The notes under the pieces were generated by a model. It had not been told where the DNA came from, did not search any database, and worked only from the letters and a program-made list of their open reading frames with translations. Shown here piece after piece: positions 23,198 to 35,000 of a stretch of DNA of 64,000 bases. Positions within the stretch are counted from its first letter, which is position 1. Each line of letters begins with the position of its first letter. The position numbers and the translations under genes were made by a program. Origin of the DNA: the human T2T-CHM13v2.0 reference genome, Homo sapiens; the NCBI RefSeq assembly GCF_009914755.1, contig NC_060925.1; one strand, given 5' to 3'.

Positions 23198-23649
23198 TCT
23201 CTCTCTTTAAAGCATATGACTAATTATTTTGTTTTTTTTTTCTTCCTTTACTTTTAGGTTTCGCTATCCTAAAATCAGATAGTAAATCTGCATTTGATCT
23301 CAATATTACATGCTTTCATTTATTTTACACTTTAATTAGTCTGGAATTAATTTTTCTGTAGCACATAATTAGGGTGTGGTATTTTAAAAAGTATATTTTC
23401 AGAGCTTTTTCTTCTTATGTATGATGACCTTATTATTATTAGTATGCTTTGCCATCAAATAGTATATACATTACAGCAGGTTCATGGAAGTCAATGCTCT
23501 TTGAATTTATTTTATTATCTGCACTGTAACGAAAGACCTTAAACACTCAACTTAATTCTTATTTGTAAAAATTGGATAAAGCAGAGCTCACTATAGTAAT
23601 AAATCCATTGGACTCTGCAAATAATTTGTACATTTTTAGAGTCAGCAGA

Positions 23650-23785
23650 GTTAAATAGTAGTAATGATAATAAGATCTAGGTCCTGAATATATGGGTTCA
23701 AAGTCCACCATGATCACTTATCAGCTGTGTGATCTTGGTTAAATTACTTACCTTCCCTGGGCCTCTATTTTCTCATCTGTTATAT
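23650..23785 (+). mobile_element. MIR SINE
   Basis: tgggttcaaagtcc ... cacttatcagctgtgtgatcttggttaaattact ... ctgggcctctattttctcatctgt. Confidence 0.75.
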
Positions 23786-24053
23786 ATAATTTATATAGCT
23801 TTTTATTTTCTAATCACCAGCAGCATTGACCTGCTATGACCTAGTATATCCTCCAAAGAAGCAAAAGTTTTATTTTCACTCCTTTATTTTTACCAATATA
23901 ATAGATATAAAAGGTATTTTTTTACTCATTTAATTGGTATTTCATGACTAGTAATGAGATAAATAATACTTTCTTAAATTTAATGTCAGTTTAACACCCT
24001 TTCATGTTAACTACCTTTTACTATGTTTGCCCAGTTTTATATTGGAATGCTTC

Positions 24054-26056
24054 TTTTTTGTATAAGTTTAAGTGGTACAAGTGTATTTTTGTTACATGGA
24101 TAACATGTAACAAAACATTTCCCTAGTGGTGAAATCTGGACTTTTAGTGTAACCATCATCTGAATATTGTGCATTTTACCCATTAAGAAATTTGTCATTT
24201 CTCACTCCCCTCCTACCCTCCTGCGTCTCCAGTGACTATTTCCACCCTCTATGTCCATGTGTATACATTGTTTAGCTCCCACTTGTAAGTGAGAACATGT
24301 GGCATTTGACTTTCTGTTTCTGAGTGGTTTGAATTAAGATATAGCCTCCAATTTCCTCCATATTAATACAAAACATGATTTCATTATTTATGGCTGAATA
24401 TTTATGGTTTAATAGTGTTACATTGTATATATGTGTAAACACACACATACACACCATGTTTTCTTTATCCAGTCATATGTTAGTGGACTCAGGCTGATTC
24501 CATATTTTTGCTATTGTGAATACTGCTGTGCTAAACATATGAGTGTAGTTCTATTTTTAATATAATTATTTATTTTCCTTTGAGTAGATACCCAGTAGTG
24601 GATTGCCAGATTGAATGGTAATTTTATTTTTAGAGAAATCTCCATACTGTTTTCCACAGAGGTTGTACTAATTTACATTCCCACCAACAGTGTATAAGCA
24701 TTACCTTTTCTCCTCATCCTCATCAACATCTGTTATTTTTTTCTTTTTAATAATAGCCATTCTGACTTGTGTAAAATAATCTCATTGTGGTTTTAATGTG
24801 CATGTCTCTGATGATTAGTGATGTTGAGCGTTTTTGTTTTTTTCATATGCTTATTGGCCATTTGCACGTCTTCTTTTGAAAAATGTCCATTCATGTCCTT
24901 TGCCCACTTTTTAATAGGGTAATTTGTTTTTTTATTGTGGTTGAGTTGTTTGCATTCTTTGTAAATTCTGGATATCAGTCCCCTGTTGGATTCATATTTT
25001 GCAAATATTTTCTTCCATTCTACAGGGAGTTTTTTCACTCTTGATTATTTCTTTTGCTGTGCAAAGACTTTTTAGTTTAATTAAGCCCTATTTGTCTATT
25101 TTGTTTCTATTGCTTATATGTTTGAGGTCTTGGTCAAGAATTCTTTGCTAGACTAATGTCCAGGAAAATTTTCCCTGGGTTTTCTTCCAGTATTTTTACA
25201 ATTTCAGGTCTTTCATCTGAAGTTTTTGCTCAAACTTTGATTTTTGTATATCGTGAGAGATAGGGGTTCAGCTTCCTTCTTCTGCATATAGAAATTCAAT
25301 TTTCCCAGCACCATTTATTGAAAAGGGTGTCCTTTACTCAGTGCAACTATTTTTATACCAATACCATGCTGTTTTGTTTACTGTATTTTCATAGTATAAT
25401 TTGAGGTCCAGTAATGTGTTGTCTCCAGCTTTGTTTTTTTTAGTTAAGATTTATTTGGATATTCAGGCTCTTTTTTAGTTTTGTATGAATTTTAGGATTT
25501 TTTTTTCTAATTTTTGAAAAATGACCTTGGCATTTTTGATAGGAGTTGAATTGAATGTGCAGCTTGCTTTGGGTAGTATGGTCATTTTAACAATATTAAT
25601 TCTTTCAATCAATGAGCAGAGGATGTTTACTCATTTGCTTTTATTACCTACAAATTCTTCCTTCAGTGTTTTGTAGTTTTCCTTATAGAGATCTTTCATT
25701 TTCTTGACTAAATATATTATTCAGCAGAGTACTGGAAGTCCTAGCCAGAGCAATCAGGCAAGAGAAAAAAATAAATGGATTCCAAATTGGAAAAGAGGAA
25801 GTCAAATTATCTCTGTTCATTGATGATATGATCTTATAGCTGGAAAACCCTGAAGACTCCTCCAAAAAAATCTCTTAGATTTGATGAAGAAATTCAGTAA
25901 AGATTCAGAATAAAGAGTCAATGTATGAAAATAAGTGGCATTTCTATACACCAGTGACATTCAAGCTGAGAACCAAATGAAGAAGGCAATCCTATTTACA
26001 ATAGCTGCAAAAAAAAAAATTACCAAGGAATATATTTAACTAAAGAGGTAAAATAT
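24054..26056 (-). mobile_element. 5'-inverted L1PB-like element (~2 kb)
   Basis: Antisense 3' end (gtggtacaagtg ... agtggtgaaatctggacttttagtgtaacc) runs to ~25718, then sense ORF2 at 25719-26056. TSD cttcttttt at 24050 and 26057. Confidence 0.9.
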
Positions 26057-26175
26057 CTTCTTTTTCTTCTTCTTAAATTCAGATTTAGAGAGGATAAGAG
26101 GAAAAAACAAGGTCTTGTCTCACTCTTAGGTCATAAGAATGTGGAAATCCTTTCTTAAATCCAAAGTTAAATTAC

Positions 26176-26275
26176 CTTTCCTTCCCTTCTCTCTCTCTTT
26201 TCTTTCCTTCCTTCCTTCCTTCCTTCTTTCCTTCCTTCCTTCCTTTCTCTCTCTCTTTCTTTCTTTCTTTCTTTG

Positions 26276-26307
<32 letters not shown>

Positions 26308-26358
26308 TCCTTCTTTCTTTCTTTCTTTCTTTCCTTCTTTCTCTTTCTTCTTTCTTTC
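26176..26358. repeat. (TTCC)n(TTTC)n polypyrimidine microsatellite (expanded Alu tail)
   Basis: About 180 bp of nearly pure C/T directly abutting the antisense AluJ. Confidence 0.95.
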
Positions 26359-26655
26359 CACCAGGTCTTACTCTGTTGCCTAGGCTGTAGTGCAGTGGTA
26401 TGATCACAGGTCACCGCAGTCTTAACCTCCTGGGCTTAAGCAATCTTCCTGCCTCAGCCTCCTGAGTAGCTGAGGCTACAGGGGAATTCCACCACACCTG
26501 TTAATTTTTCCAAACTGAAAAAAAAAATTTAGTTTTTGTAAAGATGGGGTCTTGCTATGTCATTCAGGCTGGTCTGGAACTCCTGGGCTCAAACAATCCT
26601 CCCTCCTTGGCCTCCCAGATTGCTGGGATTACAGCTATAAGCCACCTTGCCCAGC
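26359..26655 (-). mobile_element. AluJ
   Basis: gatcacaggtcaccgcagtcttaacctcctgggcttaagcaatc and ggtcttgctatgt are J-type diagnostics. TSD-like taccttt flanks. Confidence 0.9.
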
Positions 26656-26792
26656 AAGAGTACCTTTTCAAACAACTTTAAATACCACCATTTCAAAAAA
26701 TTTCCATGAGTAAAAATTTGACAACTTCTCTTTAAATTTTTTTGAAGTCAGTTAGGTTATTTACAGTGTTGCATGAACTGGAGTGTTCTAGA

Positions 26793-26945
26793 TCAATATT
26801 CCTCAGAACATGGTGTAAACTAGCAGCATCAACATCACATGGAGCTTGTCAGAAATGTGTAATCTCAGGCCAAACCCCTGCTGAAATGTAGTCTTTATTT
26901 TAACAAGATCCACAGCTTATTTATATTTAGGTTGAGAAATACTAG
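26793..26945. mobile_element. MER5A hAT MITE
   Basis: agcagcatcaacatcacatggagcttgtcagaaatg ... aatctcaggcc ... attttaacaagatcc ... ttgagaaatact. Confidence 0.75.
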
Positions 26946-27784
26946 TATAGATAATGCATTAAGATAGAATCTCAATGTAGGAAGTACCTATCTCTGATAA
27001 TATGTATTAGCCATTTCTATGTCATATGGGTGGCAAATGTTTTCCTACTCTATAATCTGAGTGTTTTTTTTAATTCATGGTATCTTTGCCATACATTTAA
27101 AAACTGTTATGTACTCAAGAATGTTTATCCTGTTCCTTATGAATTCTGAGAGTCTTGGCTTCCTTAGAAGAAACTCACCCAACTCAAAAGCATACAAATA
27201 TTTTTCTATTTTTTTAATATTTTCATTTTACAAAATCACACAACTTCTAAATGTAATCAACACTTTTTATAAGAAGCAAAACATAATAAATTTTAAGAGA
27301 TCTGAATGTGGAGTTAATTTATTATTCATGATAGGCTGCTTTATAACTAGGCAGCTTTTTTATATCTCATGTTCACTGGATTATTGGAGTATATTTTCCC
27401 AGATGCTTTCAGGGCCATTCCAGCCAAGAGTGTAAAGCTTTCTGAAAAATAACTATTAGAATGAAGAAAAATAGTTAAAATTAGCAGATTGATAGGCTAA
27501 ATGTAGCCTGATAATAGCATGCTGGTCTCTGTCTTTTTTTTTTTTTTTTTTTGAATTAGGTCTAAGGTAAATGTAACACTTTTACAGCCTTTCTAATATT
27601 AATTAAAATAATATTGCAGAACCATGATTTGTGGTCCCAGATGTGGATGTGTGATTCATTGCCGTTTAGTCACTCTTGGACCCATTTGAGAAGAGTGTCA
27701 TGTTGTCTGAGAGATTTGGATCCTGCGACCTGATTAATTGATGTACCATAAACGTCTGCAACATACCTATCTTCAAAGACAATA

Positions 27785-28030
27785 TATTGTAATACTTAAG
27801 TGCTCAGATCCTCGACTTTGACTGCCTGAGTTCACATCTCAGCTCCACCATTTAGCAAAGCTGTGTAACTGAGCCGTTAGGTAAACCCTCAGATTGAGTT
27901 TCTTCATCTGCAAATGAGGATAATAAAAGTACCTACAACAATAAGTTTAGGAGGAATAAATCATTTCATATTTTTAAAGTGCTTAGTTCAGTATTTGACA
28001 TGAATTAAGTGTGCTCTAAGAGCTATTATT
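27785..28030 (+). mobile_element. MIR SINE
   Basis: gactgcctgagttcacatctcagctccaccatttagc ... tttcttcatctgcaaatgaggataataaaagtacctac ... aaagtgcttag. Confidence 0.8.
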
Positions 28031-28785
28031 TTATACTGCTAGATATTATTACTTAAAACATGTTGAGACAAAATATAGTTATTTAGTGTGAAGAAGGGTA
28101 TATAGATATTTTCTGTATTAGAAATTAATAGAGAACAGGTTTTTCTACCTCCTTGGCATAAATGCAGGTATAAATTTAAAATGAGTTATTTATTTAGATA
28201 CCAGTTGTGAGATTCTCTATCCCTGTAGCCAATACACTCACTGTTTCTTTTAGGTCTTTTCTTCCTCTGTTTCAATGTCCTTTCTTATGATAAACAGGGA
28301 CATACAAGAACATAACCTCCAATTAAATCTCCTGAACTTTGTCTGTTATATGACAAATAGGTTTGGGTATTCAGAGCATATTCACTTATTATATTATACA
28401 GTCACCAACATAGCTTCAATAATAAAAACAAATTCGGATTTTACTCTTAAAGTGAACATTACTTTTTATAATGAGGAGACATAGTCTTCCTTTGACTTTA
28501 ATGTTGGGCCTTGTTAACATCTCTGTTTCCTTTCCTTCTCCTCTGTCATAGCAAAGTTTTACTGGAAAGAAGAAAAAAATAAAACAACAACAACAAAGAA
28601 TCCCTACTCTTAAGGGAAGTGGAAGACAATGACTGTTAAGGATATCAAACTGGTAGCAAATTTTATGTCCAGATTCCTCCTGCTGCCATTGTATTGTTGT
28701 TGAAATAAATATTGGCTACTGAAGCCTTATGAAAGTACATAAGTAGCCACATAAATCTGGCTATGACTATGTAATCCATCTCTTT

Positions 28786-29042
28786 CTTTTTTTGTTGTTG
28801 AGATAGAGTCTCACTCTCTCACCCCAGCTGAAGTGCAATGGCTCAATCTCAGCTCACTGCAACCTCAGCCTCCCGGATTCAAGCTATTCTTGTACCTCAG
28901 CCTCCTGAATAGCTAGCATTCCAGGTTTCTGCCACCACATCCAGCTAATTTTTGTATTTTTGGTAGCGGTGGGGTTTCACCATGTTGCCCAGGCTGGTCT
29001 TGAACTCCTGACCTCCAGTGATCTGCTCATCTCAGCCTCCCA
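28786..29042 (-). mobile_element. 5'-truncated Alu (old S/J)
   Basis: Perfect 15-bp TSD gtaatccatctcttt (28771-28785 and 29043-29057). The Alu stops at gcctccca, lacking its first ~35-40 nt. Confidence 0.95.
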
Positions 29043-32000
29043 GTAATCCATCTCTTTATAGAGAAAGAAATAGTCCTCCAGGAGCAGCACAAATATTCTG
29101 CCTTTAATATCTTCAGATTTTTGTAGAATATGTTAGTAACAAATTTGAAAACGGTTCTGTAACTATATTTAAAGTTTGAAATTGCACCCACTTTTGTTTC
29201 ATTTCCCAGTAGTTGCTGTGCAGATAGTTCCATTATTTCTCAAGTTATAAGGTAATTTTACTGGAAAAATTTCTAAACACTTCATTGACACAAGCTAAAA
29301 ACTGCACTTTGCTTACAACCAACTGAAGCAACATTTTTATCATCAAAACCCATTATTTCTTTATTTCCTAAAACCTTGAAAGAAATCAGAATATATATTT
29401 TCTCTCTGAATATAAAACTTTTTTTCCTTTAGGTATACATATAATGTTTGTGTCTGACTTTTCCAGCAGAACATTCCAATTGCAGTACCCAAACCAAGAA
29501 GAGAGATAGATTATGTAATTTCTTATCTCTATTGCACGAGCACTACATACCCGAGCCGAAGCGTAAAATAACAAGTTGAAAATATTATATATGTGGCGCA
29601 TTTAGTAAATAGAAACTTCATCTTCTGGAACCATTTGTGTTTTTATGGAAATAAAATTGAAAAAGAAGACTAGATTTTTCACAATGTTACTAATATGGAA
29701 ATATCACGTTGGTAAAGCTGGAGAGAAAAATGTTATTGTTTTCAATATCTCAAATTTGCTAGCTGTCTGTTATGTGCTTTTACACCACCAGTATAAAAGA
29801 CTTGGCAAAAACCATTTTTAAAAATAACCTGTTTAGATTTAGATAGTTTTACACTGTGAACCCTGGAGATTCTTCTGGTACAAATAGCTTCCCTAGGAAC
29901 AATGTTTTTATAGAACCTCTCACACTTTCCACTTTTTTTCTTTGTCCAGGTTATTTTTTTTTAACTCTTTCCTTTTTTTTTTTCTGATTAGCTTATAGCT
30001 CTGTAATTCCAGCTGTTTCATTCTGTAACTCTAAAACCCTATCGCTGGGGAGTTCTGTGTAATTGCCTATAATATGTACCACATTATCCATTTCAGGAAC
30101 TGTGCTGAAAGACAGCAGCAATAAGGGGGTTTCTAAAGGCAGTCTGGCTTACGCTAATGGACCTAACAGGAAGGAAATGCAATTTGAAAGAAGCTGATGC
30201 ATATGTTCTATTGCTGAATATAATGTTTGATTTAATTATTAACTGTCAGTGATGGAGAGGCAGATCCTGTTCAGCTCTACTTAGAGTGCAATGCTTTGCA
30301 TTCAAAGAAAATAAATGACAAAAGTTTTGTCTTTCAATCTATAACTTAACAATAGGAAATGATATTTCTTTCTACCAAGAAATCATAGTTTTCTGAATTA
30401 CCTTTATTTTAGACATAAATTGGGCAATGCTTTATTTTTTTAACCCCTGTTTTAAAAATTTCTGGCTATTATTTTCTTTGCTTTTGGATTTCTTTTCTTT
30501 TTTGCTAGTAGCAAACATGAAAACTTCCTTTGACAAGTAGTTTTGAGTTAAAGTCAGTCTTGGATTGAGTAACTTTCTAAATCCCTTTCCTGTTGAGGGT
30601 TCTCTCATGTGTTGACTGGCAGTGGACATTTCAGTGAGGAGGGCTGAAATGCGTAGCCGTCTTTGTCTTCTTTTTCTCAGAATGAGTTATTTGGCAATGA
30701 GCTTCTGTCCATTTCTTTTAATTGGCATTTTGTGACTTCCAGTAAGGCTCTCCCCTACTTTAAAAACCCATAATTGTATGTGAAAGACAGAGGGCAAGAT
30801 GTAAAGAACAGATTCACTAGAAAGCAAATATGTTCATGCCTCTTCTTAGTTACTTTATTCCTACATTGATAGAAAATGACTTAATATATACAAAGAAATG
30901 GGTATCAGCCCACTGAATTTGCAAGGGAGCTGAATGAACAAAATGCTCTGCTGGGTCAGTCAGCTGGAAAAAAGTGGTTTAGTACTGTGTGTAAACAGAA
31001 TAATGAAGCTATGTAATTTTAATTGTGCATTTTATATCTATCTGGTGAGATTATTATCTTTGACACTAGCCTAGGCAGATACATAACTGGGGCTGAAATT
31101 AAACAATAATGATGATATTTGGAGTTCATCCAAAATGCTCTCTATTGTTTACGTGAGTGGCTTCAACATCATTATTTGATCCATAATTTCTCATTTTTTA
31201 TTACACATATGTTCTTCATATAATAGCACACAACATCAACTCAGTGGGAGGCATTTTTCTTTATGATTTCAAAAGGAATTGTTTATTTTTGTCATGACGA
31301 TAATAGAAAGCAATGAAGCTTCCTGGAAATACAATACCACAATTCAAATATCTAATTGATTTTAGACAGATTAAAGAAAAATATAGGGTCAATCTGTGTT
31401 TTTGTTTTCTCAAACAGCATAAACGTCTTATTTCAGACTTTCCTTTCTTATTTTTGGCTAAGGGATTCACAACTTTAGTTATGAAGGACTGGAATCTGGC
31501 TCATGTAGAATTATTATTAAATTGATAGAGGTTAATTCTAATGTTCTCAATTCTAAGGACTTTAGAAGCATATAATTTATCCATGGAAGTGCCTAGTGAA
31601 AGCAGTACTTGATGAACTTTATAAAGTTCAAAAGCTCAGTTCCTAGAAGCATATCAATCACAAATAATGAATGATGCTACTCAAATTCTATCATTTAAAT
31701 CAAGCCACAAGATAGCCATTCTTTCATTTTTCCCCAGACTGTCTAGTTAGATAAGTTTGATACATTCTCAAAGATGATTTTAATAGGATTTTAAGTCTTC
31801 TTATCATTGCCCTTTGTTGTATTTTAAATAATTTCTCATTTATTTTAGTTTAAAATAATTACACGTGTAAGCATTTTTACATTGCTATTAGAAATGTGTT
31901 ATTTTATGTTTCTAGGTATCAGCTTAAACTTATTTTTTAAATGATAAAAGTTTTAAATATTTTTAAATGTTCAAAGAAAGCAGACATTTGTACCATGACT

Positions 32001-35000
32001 GCTTGTCCTTTTCAGCATTTGTAAATCTTATGTATGGTACGTGTCTAATCCTATTGCCAGTGTGGGATAATTGCTTATAGGTTTGAACAATTACCCCTCC
32101 AAAGTGCACATACAAGTTCTGAGTAACCCCCATGGAAGACATAATACTTCAAGCCCACTTAAAATGCGGTTTTTTAAAAATGCCCGCGAGAGTCTACCAA
32201 ATGGGACTGAAGTCATTTCAGGGGCTACATTTATATACCTTCGGACTGATGGGAAGGTATTGACCCAAACACTGAAAGATCTGTTTATAAATACAGTGCA
32301 AATATTCGACTGTGCAGGTGTATCTTTATTTCTAATATGATTCCTCCAGGCAGCAAAACAGGTGTTCTGGCTGCATGCTAATCAGGAAAAAGAATGTCTG
32401 AAATATGCATCTGCACACTGACATCTGGACAGAGATTGTCCAAACACATTCTCAAGTGCAAAGTCTTAGAAAACGGGCCTCTTTTGCTTTACTTAGTACC
32501 GAGAGGCATATTTTGCATGTGGAAAAGCCCACATTCGCCTGCCATTAGGGACTGCTACTTATGTGTGGCAGATGAGGCAGCCAGAATGCAGACACCGACT
32601 AACAAGCTGGCTGAGTTTAAAAAACTCAGGAAAAGTTTCTAGGTGTTCTGGAAGAGTAAAGTGTTCCCTGACAACAGGATTGAATCTCCAGGAAGGTAGA
32701 GGTCAGCGGTTATTGGAAGGAAAGCAGAGAGATGGGTGATGTTTATTCAGAAGCTTCCTATTTGGTTCCTTCTTCATTTCATTCTGTTCAATTCTTTTTG
32801 TCTTAATTCTTCCCTTTTCTTCCTCAGGGGCACCTCTGCTCTTTTCCTTCTTCTTAAGAACTGAATTTTAGTTGTTGGGATTTTTAGAATACAAAATATG
32901 TTGAGTTAGATTAATTAGAATACTTCACAGAAAGTTTCCTGCCTTCGGTTATCCTCTTGACAAAGATAAATGCAAATTCTTACAGGACTAATAAACTCAA
33001 GTCACATTTTCTAGGTACATTCCTATAGGTGCTAGACAACTGAAGTAGCATAATAAAGAGAGAAACAACTGAAAAAAAGGAACAAATGGAAGATATGCTG
33101 TAAAATGTATTCACAGCTCCTGAAATGTGTTCAGTTGTGAATTTTTATTTGGTCCATCTGTCCTACCATATATTAACACCATAATTTGTCTCAAAGATAT
33201 ACATCTCTATTTTAAAATATTTAAAATTGAAGTGAATTACCTTAGATTTGTATGTTTGGGGTGGGTATTTTGTGCCTACTTCAGTGTCAACCTAAAAATT
33301 ATCCAGAGAAAGAGATAAATGCACCCTTTAGTTCATAAAAATACACTACAAATTTTGATTATGTATTAATTCTCCAACTTTTATTCATCAACGAACAAGG
33401 AAGCTCTGTGGGAAACAGCCACAATCACAGCAGCCTGTCCTTTTCCAGAGCCCACAACTGTTCACCTTCTTCCCAAAGTCAGCTCCAATTGGGCTTCTGT
33501 TAGATTTGTATTCTATAATTTCAGTGACTGACAAAAAGATTCAGTAGACAGCAAAATCTACATTTTAACAACATTTGTAAGATTTATCCAAATCTATTAC
33601 TTTTTTTTTGTTAAATTCCAAGGACTGCGTGCTCCAGATAATGTTGGTGTTTTCTCAATAATAAAGTCCCACTTTTAAATTGTAAGAGAATGTGAGATCT
33701 TGAAGAACATCTCTGAAGATTCTATAGCTTTTTAAAAGTCCACTTTGACAGTAACAGTTATAATAAGTTTTGGAAGATATAATGATGCAAGATTTGATAT
33801 AAGGTACAAAGATGCTGCTCCTCACTACCTCTCCCAAGACATCCATGCCTGGATGGCATTCCTGCACCCGTGTCCCTTCACATCTACTCCTACTCAAGGC
33901 CCCATCCACATGACACCAATTCTGTAATTCTTCTCATCATAACTCTAACTAGAGACTGACTCAATTCATCCTCTGAAAACGTATATTTAATCCACATTAT
34001 GAGAGAAAGAGAGAGAACAAGATTCTCTTAAGAATCTTAAGAATCTCTTAAGATTGCTTAATTACTCTATGACATCTAAGACAGACACTTTATATGTAAA
34101 GATTTAAAAAATAAAATAGACAGTTTTTATGTAAAGATTTAAAAAATAAAATAGAACCTGGCATACAATAAGTTGAAATTACTATTAAGGTTTTTGAACT
34201 GCTTAAAATCTTCCTCTTATAACAAGGTGGAGGAGAATAAAAAATAACGAAAACGTTTATTTTACTCATTTCATCCTGAAAATGTCCTATTTTGGTTATT
34301 TGATTAAAATTTTTAAAGAGGTTTGAAATAAATTGGAGGTGCAGATGAATTCTTCCCACAGAGGGTTTTGTGTGACATTTTTTTCTTAACTGTCCTTTCT
34401 ATACAACTTCCAGATTGAATTAAAGCTAACCAAATATCATGGATATGACTTATATAAACATCTTTACATATGTTTGTGGCAAGGGAGCCCTTTCTTATGT
34501 CATTACCTCATAGGAGAATAGTAACCTGTATTATTTGGCAGCAGATGTGATTGGCATATATTAAAGCAAGTTATCTACAAGTAGAAAAATATCGAATGGG
34601 CTTATTTTGCTTGTGAATAAAGGTAAAGACACAACTGACATAACTGGTGCTCAATTTTAACACAATATGTTTTTTAGCTTTTGTAGATGGAGCTGAAGTT
34701 ACTTTGGTAAAGCAATATTAAGCTCATTTGGGATTTGTTATAAAGTTCCTGAAATACATTTTGTTAAATGAACAAATTCTGAAAAAGAAAACATCACACG
34801 TATACATGCCTACTTATTTTAGCCATGTCTATTCACATAAATTAATTTGGGTAGAGAGAAGTTGAAATAAAATCATCATTTGCTTTAAAATAGCCAATTA
34901 GTTTTTGGCTGAATAACTTAACTCTCTTCCCCACCACGACGCCAAACTGCTTTGCCTACTTTCCATCAGCCAATTTAAGTTTTTTAAAAAAGTGTAAAGT

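Noticed and set aside
26126-26414. K/E/R-rich and F/L/S-rich ORFs
   Set aside because: These are translations of the (TTTC)n/(TTCC)n microsatellite and AluJ, not genes.
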